DNA of 64,000 nucleotides from an uncultured Candidatus Micrarchaeota archaeon (GTDB lineage: Archaea > Micrarchaeota > Micrarchaeia > Anstonellales > Bilamarchaeaceae), in assembly GCA_963714085.1 (NCBI GenBank), contig OY970229.1, forward strand, positions 1,152,001-1,216,000, in the 5' to 3' direction. The notes beneath the pieces were generated by a model. That model saw only the letters and a program-made list of their open reading frames with translations, did no database searches and had not been told where the DNA came from. How positions within the stretch are numbered: the stretch's first letter is position 1; every line of letters starts with the position of its first letter. Both the position numbers and the translations under genes were made by a program. Shown here one piece after another: positions 57,335-64,000 of the stretch.

Positions 57335-57478
57335 CGTTTTCACCTTGTTCGCATGGTCATTGTGATTTTTCCCACTATTTATTTGTTTGTAACAAAATCC
57401 ATCCTCGTCTATTGCTCCCCTCTCCCCGGGTTTTCTGTTGCAGTACGTCTTTTAAACTGATTCAACGAAATTAGCGTA

Positions 57479-58483
57479 ATGGCGATCATGCGGAACAAGC
57501 AGCCGCGCCTGTGGTGGGTGAACGCACAGACCCCAGGTAACGGCCAGCCCCTCTCAAGAAGCAACTCCGCGATACTGCCGGCTGACAGGCAGAACAAAGC
57601 CAGGATATTCTGCAGCCGTAAAGAACTCTCGTTCTCCGCGCAAATGCTCAAGGGAAGGGAGAGGAGCATATGCCAGGATACCATCGCGATGCTCGTGCGC
57701 GACGACATCATCATGGCAGCGGTGCTCGACGGCCACGAAAGCTGGGGTCATTTGTACTCCCTTGAGATGGCGCGCTGCCTGGTCCGTTTAGCCAGGCACC
57801 TGCGGACGCCGACCGGGCCCGATGCCAAGCAGCTCATCATCGAAGCTGCGAAGGCCATGCCGTTTCTCCCCAGCGAAGACTATCTCGAGGCCTTGCTCGG
57901 AGCCCCGAAGAAAGGAGGCACCACGGTGACAGTGGCGCTGTTGGGCAGGGACCGCAGGTACAGCATAGCCACGCTTGGCGACTCGCCGCCGTACCTGGTC
58001 GGGCACGGCTCCGCGAAGCGGCTGTCTGACAGCTCCTGCATCTTGGACATCGATAGAAAAGACGAGGGCGGCCGCCTGTTCATAGGCAAAGACATCGTCC
58101 AATGGGATGATTATCTCGAAGTGCGGAATTACATATTCGGAGCGGTCAACGGATTCGTCACCACCAAGTCGGAGATACAAGTCAAGGAAGGCGAGCTGGA
58201 ACGCGGCATGAAGCTGGTGCTGGTGAGCGACGGGATAACGAAGAACCTCTCATGCGTCACGGACCTTTCCATGAACGTGCTTGATGTGAGCGGCAATCTT
58301 GACATGGCCCGGATCATGCGCGATGGCATGACGCTGACCGAAGCCACCTCGCGCTTGTTATCGGTCGCCCGCAGCCGCGCGGATGGCAAGAGCGGACCCA
58401 CTTTCCGGTCCAACGGTGAGCGCCTCGAGGTCGTTTCACCGGCTGACGATGACATGACCGTGATAGCGCTCGCAGCGGACTGA
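57479..58483 (+). CDS. PP2C/PPM-family phosphatase
   Basis: CQD, VLDGH, GGTT, LGDS, VSDG, DDMT. Confidence 0.85.
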   Translation: MAIMRNKQPRLWWVNAQTPGNGQPLSRSNSAILPADRQNKARIFCSRKELSFSAQMLKGRERSICQDTIAMLVRDDIIMAAVLDGHESWGHLYSLEMARCLVRLARHLRTPTGPDAKQLIIEAAKAMPFLPSEDYLEALLGAPKKGGTTVTVALLGRDRRYSIATLGDSPPYLVGHGSAKRLSDSSCILDIDRKDEGGRLFIGKDIVQWDDYLEVRNYIFGAVNGFVTTKSEIQVKEGELERGMKLVLVSDGITKNLSCVTDLSMNVLDVSGNLDMARIMRDGMTLTEATSRLLSVARSRADGKSGPTFRSNGERLEVVSPADDDMTVIALAAD

Positions 58484-58530
58484 CGCTCCATGCGAATATT
58501 TTTATGCATGTCGCTGCGTAAAACGGTTCT

Positions 58531-59025
58531 ATGGAACTCTACGATAATAAATTCCTGCCGATGGACTCGTTCGTCCGCATCTTCGCGCTCGCTTCCATAG
58601 CGGTGCTCACGTTCTCGCTCAGCTTCATGGTGCTCCCGTTCATGAGCTGGGAGTTCCACTTCTTCCAGCTGGGGATATTCCTGTCCGCGTTCCTTTTCGG
58701 TCCGTTCGCGGGCGCCGTGGTAGGCGCGTTTTCGTCATCCTATAACGGCCTCTTCATAATCCACAACCCATGGATAATCGGGGGCAACGCGCTGCTCGGC
58801 TTCTCCGCCGCATACTTATATACTAAGACCACGCCGTTCAAGGCTGCGATGGCAGCATACGCGATACAGCTGCCCTACCTGGTTGCGACCGACGTGCTCT
58901 TTGCCGGCATGGCACCTATGATCGTGCTCGGGCTCGCGGCCACGCTCCTGGCCGAGAACGTGCTCTGCGCCTTCATGGCAGTCTCCATGGCGCCGCATGT
59001 GAAGGCGCTCCTCTCACGCTCATGA
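58531..59025 (+). CDS. ECF transporter S-component-like membrane protein
   Basis: FLFGPFAGAVVG motif and five to six transmembrane helices. Confidence 0.75.
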   Translation: MELYDNKFLPMDSFVRIFALASIAVLTFSLSFMVLPFMSWEFHFFQLGIFLSAFLFGPFAGAVVGAFSSSYNGLFIIHNPWIIGGNALLGFSAAYLYTKTTPFKAAMAAYAIQLPYLVATDVLFAGMAPMIVLGLAATLLAENVLCAFMAVSMAPHVKALLSRS

Positions 59026-59450
59026 AACCCATCCCGGTCTCCTACGGAGAGATAATGGATTCCACCCCCTGGGTCAGCCTCAGGGCTTTCTCGCCCGACA
59101 TGGTGATAGGGGTGGAGCGCGGGGGAATGGTACTCGCCGCGATAACCGCGTTCCGGTTGGACGCCGCGCTCGCCACGGTGCGCGCTTCATTATACGATGA
59201 TTCGAAACCTGCCAAGGAGAAGCACCCGGAGCCCGAGATCATGCCCGCCCCGCTTCCGTCTCTTGCGGGCAGGCGCGTCCTCATCGTGGATGACGTGTGT
59301 AATACAGGCAGGACACTTGCCGCGGTCAGTAGGCTCGTGCAATCCGCAGGCCCGAAGGAAGTGAAGACGTTCGTCTATGCGGGCAACGCGGATTTCTCCT
59401 GCAAGCCGTTCGAGAAATGCCTGAGATTCCCTTGGGAGGAAGTGCGGTAA
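59022..59450 (+). CDS. Type I phosphoribosyltransferase
   Basis: VERGG, VLIVDDVCNTGRT, FPWE. Confidence 0.88.
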   Translation: MKPIPVSYGEIMDSTPWVSLRAFSPDMVIGVERGGMVLAAITAFRLDAALATVRASLYDDSKPAKEKHPEPEIMPAPLPSLAGRRVLIVDDVCNTGRTLAAVSRLVQSAGPKEVKTFVYAGNADFSCKPFEKCLRFPWEEVR

Positions 59451-59488
59451 GTTTTTATTCTCTTCTCCGCGAAACGAATACCCTATAC

Positions 59489-59581
59489 AGCCCCGTCGTC
59501 TAGTGGTCAAGGATAGGAGGCTCTGGCTTTTCCTAAAAAAGGAGAAACCTCTTGACATCGGTTCGAATCCGGTCGGGGCTA
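59489..59581 (+). tRNA. tRNA-Gln(CTG) with canonical 37/38 intron (59527-59546)
   Basis: A1-T72 acceptor pair; GGAGG-CTCTGG[intron]A-CCTCT; BHB central helix CTCT/GGAG. Confidence 0.92.
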
Positions 59582-59604
59582 AAAACTTCCCATCGCCGTC
59601 GGAA

Positions 59605-60018
59605 TCAGGCCGGCTTGAACATCTCGGCGTCCACGCTCTCTATCCCGACGACCTCGCTGTACTCCCTCGGGTCGAACGACGCCCCTTCCCACACCACCAG
59701 TATGGTGTTCCTCGAAACGCGCACGGCGATCAGGACCTCGCTGCGCTCCGCTATCTTCTTTCCGAGGTTGGACACGAGCCTGGGGCCGAGCTCCGAAAGG
59801 AGATAGTCCTTCACCCTGAGGTTCGCGGCTTTCATGAGGCCTCTTTTCGAATTGCCCAGCACCACGTTGAATCCCCGTATCACGCCGTCCTGCTTCATCC
59901 TGTTGAACCTCAGGTATACCGTAGGCCTGGGAACTCCGATCATGTCGGCTATTTTGGACAGCGGCGTGCTCGCGTCTTTCTGGAGGATATCTATGATCCG
60001 TTTGTCAAGATCGTCCAT
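59605..60018 (-). CDS. Lrp/AsnC-family regulator
   Basis: MDDLDKRIIDILQKDA HTH. Confidence 0.88.
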   Translation of the reverse strand: MDDLDKRIIDILQKDASTPLSKIADMIGVPRPTVYLRFNRMKQDGVIRGFNVVLGNSKRGLMKAANLRVKDYLLSELGPRLVSNLGKKIAERSEVLIAVRVSRNTILVVWEGASFDPREYSEVVGIESVDAEMFKPA

Positions 60019-60133
60019 GTGACCCCTTCCCTTTGAATATTTTTTATTTTGCTGCTCTTTTTATACCTATCTAAGGTGGGCAGGCATTATAATCCTCACG
60101 GTAATGCCCTGACAAGCATTTTATAAACTTTTT

Positions 60134-60883
60134 ATGGATGGTATATGTGATTCTATGAACTTCGCATCGTTTCATTCGTTCCGGGGCATTCTCAAGGACG
60201 GCATACCCGAAGGGGACCAGATCCTCATCTCAGGCCCTCCCGGCTCCGGGAAGAGCATCATGGCGATGCAGTTCCTGATGGAAGGGGTCAAAGCGGGCGA
60301 GAGCGGAATATTCTTCACGCTCGAGAACCGGCCCGAGTTCCTCGTTGACCAGATGGAGGGGCTTGGATTCGACGTGAAGAAGGCGGTCGCGGACGGGAAC
60401 CTCGAGATAGTCGAGCTCCAGCCCAACGACGTCTACGTGCTCCTGGACGAGATGGGCGAGCGCGTGAGGAAGCTCGGCGCCAAGCGCATCGTGCTCGACT
60501 CCCTGTCCGTTTTGGCGGTGTACTGCGGCTCGTACCGCAATCTTCCGGAGGATTTGATAGCGTTCATGGAGAAGACCCCGCACAGGCCCCCGATAGCGAT
60601 AGGGGAGCAGGTGAAGAAGCAGATGCTCTACCACGTGCTCTCGGAGATACGCAGGCTCAAGTGCACGACCATCATGATATCCGAGCTCGCCAAATCCTCG
60701 AAGTTCTATTCCCGGGACACCGTCAGCGAATTCGCATGCGACGGGCTGATCCTCCTGGATTACAACCTTCTCGGCTCCGCCGGGGTCACGAGGACCATGT
60801 CCGTGGTCAAGATGCGGCGTTGCTCCTACAACGAGGGCATGCACGAGATATCGATAGGCGCCAAGGGCATCAAGGTCCACTGA
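60134..60883 (+). CDS. KaiC/RAD55-family ATPase
   Basis: GPPGSGKS, VLDS, VKMR. Confidence 0.9.
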   Translation: MDGICDSMNFASFHSFRGILKDGIPEGDQILISGPPGSGKSIMAMQFLMEGVKAGESGIFFTLENRPEFLVDQMEGLGFDVKKAVADGNLEIVELQPNDVYVLLDEMGERVRKLGAKRIVLDSLSVLAVYCGSYRNLPEDLIAFMEKTPHRPPIAIGEQVKKQMLYHVLSEIRRLKCTTIMISELAKSSKFYSRDTVSEFACDGLILLDYNLLGSAGVTRTMSVVKMRRCSYNEGMHEISIGAKGIKVH

Positions 60884-60888
60884 CGAGC

Positions 60889-61476
60889 CTATTTCGCTTT
60901 GAGGCGCTTGAACTCAAAAACGCATTCCGGCGCCATTCCCGTAGCCCTGCATTTCGTTTCCACTACTGAATACGCGTGTCCTGACACGCTTTCCGCGACT
61001 CCAGCGAGCAGTCCGCGCAGATAATGGCAGACCGGCCCCTTGCTCTTCCCGTACGTGGTCAGGTAGGTCTCAGCGATGGGCGAATTCTTGGTCGTGGCGA
61101 TCGCTTTCTCCCCTTTCCCGATGAACTCGCTCAGACGCGTGTCTCCCCAGCCTGCCAGTTTCAGAGCCTCCCAGCCCATTTCCATGGAGGCGTCGCCGGT
61201 TACAGGCAGCTTCTGATACAGCCTGGAGAGCATGTCCTTGTCCTCCAGGTATCTCTTGCTTCCGGTTTTCGTCTGGTGGAGGCCGCATTCGTAGATGAAC
61301 TGCGCAGCCTCATCCTTTCCGGTCCTCTCCGAGAGCCGACGTTCCATATCTAACAGCGTTTCCGCGGGAATCATCATGAATAGCCTTCCCTTCACTCGTA
61401 TATTGCCCTTGTCGAACCTGAGTATGCTCAGGGCTATCATCTTTGAAACTAGGTCTACGCTCAACAGAAACACCAC
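60889..61476 (-). CDS. V4R-domain protein
   Basis: GWG, PVCHYLRGLLAG, ETKCRA.G...C.F; start may be 61440. Confidence 0.88.
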   Translation of the reverse strand: MVFLLSVDLVSKMIALSILRFDKGNIRVKGRLFMMIPAETLLDMERRLSERTGKDEAAQFIYECGLHQTKTGSKRYLEDKDMLSRLYQKLPVTGDASMEMGWEALKLAGWGDTRLSEFIGKGEKAIATTKNSPIAETYLTTYGKSKGPVCHYLRGLLAGVAESVSGHAYSVVETKCRATGMAPECVFEFKRLKAK

Positions 61477-62309
61477 GCTATCATTTGCAGGAGAAGCACG
61501 AGCCTAAAATTATTAAGGATAACCTTCGCGTTGTCCGGGCTCGGGTTAGCGAGAAGCCTCGCCCCGAACGAGATGCGGATCGCTATCGCTGCCAGGTAGA
61601 TGACGAGGAAAGCGTTGGAGAGATCGAGTATCTTCCATGGCAGCCACACGACCGCGATGGGAAGGCAGAGTCCTATGAACGTTATCCTGGCCGCTTCTTC
61701 CACCCCTATCTGGACCGGCAGGGTTTTCATCCCGGTCTTCCTGTCGCCTTCCACGTCCTTGTAATCCTTTATGGAGAACGCGAATATCTCTGTCACGAAC
61801 ATGAACGCCGACGCGAACACTATCTTCTCGTCAAGCGGGTGGAAGAGCAGGTATCCTATCAGCATGGGCGTGACGATGTGCGTGGTGACGAGGGTCATGT
61901 ACGAGAGGATGCCCATGGATTTGGTGAACTTGGAGTATATGATCCCGAAGAAGACGTAGAGGACATTGCTCAATGCGAAGACCCAGGACACGACCAGGGA
62001 GAACGCGACGCCTGCCATCGCGAGCGCGAACATGAGCGCCCATGCGAACCTCATGCTGAGCGAGCCGCGCGCGAGCGGCCTCTGAGGGTCGTTTATCCTG
62101 TCCCCTTTCACGTCGCAGATGTTGTTGAACACCGCGTACGTGCAATATACGCAGATGCATGTGAGCACCCCGAAGACGATGAACACGGGGTCGAAATGCC
62201 CGCTCATGAGCATGCCCGCGACCAGCGCCAGGCACGCGGTGAAGGAGCGGTTGGGCATCGTTATCGAGATGACGTCTGCGATGAAGCCGTCCTTGCCCAC
62301 GTCAATCAC
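61461..62309 (-). CDS. UbiA-family prenyltransferase
   Basis: NNICDVKGD..N.P.RPL and KDYKDVEGD motifs; multiple transmembrane helices. Confidence 0.9.
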   Translation of the reverse strand: MIDVGKDGFIADVISITMPNRSFTACLALVAGMLMSGHFDPVFIVFGVLTCICVYCTYAVFNNICDVKGDRINDPQRPLARGSLSMRFAWALMFALAMAGVAFSLVVSWVFALSNVLYVFFGIIYSKFTKSMGILSYMTLVTTHIVTPMLIGYLLFHPLDEKIVFASAFMFVTEIFAFSIKDYKDVEGDRKTGMKTLPVQIGVEEAARITFIGLCLPIAVVWLPWKILDLSNAFLVIYLAAIAIRISFGARLLANPSPDNAKVILNNFRLVLLLQMIAWCFC

Positions 62310-63063
62310 CTTCGAGGCGGCCGGCGTACTCGTATTCCATCTCCTTGAATCCCGGGTGGATGATGTCCAGGGCGCTGAAGGGCTTGTTCTTGTACTCCTC
62401 TATGATATGGGCGGTCATGGACAGCGACCTCCCGATGAGGAAGAACGCCGGCCCGAACGACGGGTCCTTGAATCCGAGGTCGAGGAGTATCGCGCCGCCT
62501 ACGCCGTCTATGTTGCCGTATATCCTCTTGCGTTCGGAGAGGATTACCTCTATCCTGTCGAACTTCCTCACCGCGTCCCCTTTGATGCCGGATTCCGCGA
62601 ACAGCTTGCGCAGCACCTGCGGCCTGGGGTCCCTGTCCAGTATCGGATGCCCGAATCCGGGTATGCGCTCCCCTTTCTCGAGCGCGCTTTCAACGTATTT
62701 GTCTATATCGTCAAGCGGCGTGGACGCGTAGACCTCCATGCTCTTCTGGATGGCGGACGTGTGCGACGGCCCGCCCGCGCAGAACCCCGCGGCGAGGCAT
62801 TGCGCCATCGGCGCCCGAGTCGTAGCCGCGAGGCGCGCCGAGAGTATGACCGGCACCGTGATGCTCCAGCCACCGCAGAACGCGACCATCAGGGAATTGA
62901 GCATCTTCTTCTCGGCATGGGAGGCTTTCTTGTGCAGCCACGTGTGGAAGATGGCATCGATGAAATCGAATTCCTTTATCATGCTGAGCAGTTTCCTGTC
63001 CCGCACGTACAGCGTCTCGGTCTCCAGATCCACCCAGTCCACAGAGCTTTTCGTCCTTACCAT
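62302..63063 (-). CDS. Citrate synthase-family / citryl-CoA lyase-like protein
   Basis: GPSH, IPGFGHP...DPR, NIDG, FLIGR. Confidence 0.85.
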   Translation of the reverse strand: MVRTKSSVDWVDLETETLYVRDRKLLSMIKEFDFIDAIFHTWLHKKASHAEKKMLNSLMVAFCGGWSITVPVILSARLAATTRAPMAQCLAAGFCAGGPSHTSAIQKSMEVYASTPLDDIDKYVESALEKGERIPGFGHPILDRDPRPQVLRKLFAESGIKGDAVRKFDRIEVILSERKRIYGNIDGVGGAILLDLGFKDPSFGPAFFLIGRSLSMTAHIIEEYKNKPFSALDIIHPGFKEMEYEYAGRLEGD

Positions 63064-63064
63064 G

Positions 63065-64000
63065 TCAATCACCAGCCATTTCCCCGAAGAAGCATTGCGA
63101 GCGCAGCCTGGACGTGCCCAGCTTCCCGCAGAGCCCGCTGGCAGCCGCCGCCTCACCGACTTTAGGAGGGATGATGAGCGCGTTGCGCTTCTTCTTCCGC
63201 AGGAGGTCCGAAGCGCGGAGGTAGAGCACCTCGCTTTCGTCCTCGTCCATCCAATCGTCCATCACCGCATGGAACGTGGAATGCGGGTCCTCCCCTATCT
63301 CCATCCTCTCGTATTCCTCCTTGACCTGGCGGACGGTGCTGCCTGGCCGGGAGGATATCTCGTAAACCCTCTTCGAGCGGAAACCGGCGTCGGCCTCATG
63401 GACCCTTCGTACCGGCACCAGGCCGGAAGCGTTCCCGCTGAGGAGGACCTCGTCGGCGCCGACAAGCTCGTCCGGACCAAACGTCCCGAAACGGAACCTG
63501 AAGCCGTGTTTGCGCGCGGCCAATGATATGAATCGTAACGAGATGCCCGGCATCGCCCCTTCCGAAGGAGGCGGCGTTATGAACTCGTTGTCCCTGACGA
63601 GTATGACGCTCCCTCCGGTCCCCTCTACCAGGGACCCGCGCGCGTTCGTGAAGATGGCCTCCGAGCACTCGGAGCCGTTGAGGATGTTGAAGAACGTCAG
63701 CTTCTTCTTCGCTTGGATGGAGAACTGGTAATTGGACGACGCCCTGGTCCCCGGGAACGGAAGCGCCCGCGGATTGGGGTATATCATGGTGTCGACGCCT
63801 CCGCCCAAGCATTCCCCCATGGGCTGGATCATCATCGCCAATCGCGAACGCGAGGCCGCGCCGAGCTCGAGCCCTTCGGATTCGGAGAACAGGAGAGGCC
63901 GGACGTAGAACCTGCCGACCGACCTGCCCGCCCTTTTTATCCTGGGGATGTGCGCGTTCTTCCGGTGGAGGCCGCACATCGCCGCCAGGCGGAAGACGTT
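63065..64000 (-). CDS. Class IV (branched-chain-type) aminotransferase-like protein, 5'-partial
   Basis: EAIF.N..G.LVEGTG, TPP...AMPGIS, ADEVLLSGNASGL; frame open to the window edge. Confidence 0.8.
   Translation of the reverse strand, partial: NVFRLAAMCGLHRKNAHIPRIKRAGRSVGRFYVRPLLFSESEGLELGAASRSRLAMMIQPMGECLGGGVDTMIYPNPRALPFPGTRASSNYQFSIQAKKKLTFFNILNGSECSEAIFTNARGSLVEGTGGSVILVRDNEFITPPPSEGAMPGISLRFISLAARKHGFRFRFGTFGPDELVGADEVLLSGNASGLVPVRRVHEADAGFRSKRVYEISSRPGSTVRQVKEEYERMEIGEDPHSTFHAVMDDWMDEDESEVLYLRASDLLRKKKRNALIIPPKVGEAAAASGLCGKLGTSRLRSQCFFGEMAGD

Noticed and set aside
57340..57402. Tiny upstream ORFs MDFVTNK* and MTMRTR* as a classical His attenuator peptide
   Set aside because: They contain no His codons and I see no terminator/antiterminator pair.
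23231..60883. The three KaiC-like ATPases as a circadian clock
   Set aside because: They are single-domain RAD55/KaiC-like paralogs, common in archaea, and no kaiA or kaiB is present.
1..64000. Many long antisense or alternative-frame ORFs (e.g. 1712-2941, 3498-4853, 18521-19897, 39892-41061)
   Set aside because: They are shadows of GC3-rich real genes and show no recognisable motifs.
1..64000. CRISPR array, cas genes, rRNA or provirus
   Set aside because: I saw no regularly spaced repeats, cas1/cas2, rRNA-like segments, integrase or capsid genes. The TnpBs are flanked by IS ends rather than arrays.

Overview
Archaeal chromosomal segment, most likely DPANN/Micrarchaeota-like. This assignment is an inference from aIF-1A, aIF-2beta, RIO1, RFC-S, uL16/L10e, Nop5, archaeal PEP carboxylase and bulge-helix-bulge (BHB) tRNA introns. 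The window carries housekeeping and biosynthetic genes (purL, purD-like, argS, ileS, hisS, lysA, ahcY, topA, pgk, tpiA, fumC/aspA, ppcA), five tRNAs, three tnpB-only IS200/IS605 elements and a free-standing LAGLIDADG gene. The main discovery is an apparent histidine-sensing +1 ribosomal frameshift system at the head of the his operon (minus strand, 57334-54473). Three copies of a prfB-like cassette (GGA-AGG-G[AG]T-NTN-CTT-CAY) carry a His codon where prfB has its stop codon. Two consecutive +1 shifts build an AbrB-family regulator that has no ATG/GTG/TTG start ahead of its domain, and a third shift fuses a Shine-Dalgarno (SD)-led leader into hisG. The AbrB, HisG, HisE and HisS products (about 950 residues) contain no histidine at all. 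Other notable items are a tRNA-Ser with two introns whose 5' end supplies the stop codon of the LAGLIDADG gene, a shared CCGCGGAAAT promoter motif ahead of unrelated mobile nucleases, exact IS boundaries and target motif deduced from an interrupted gene, and a tRNA-Gly with C33.
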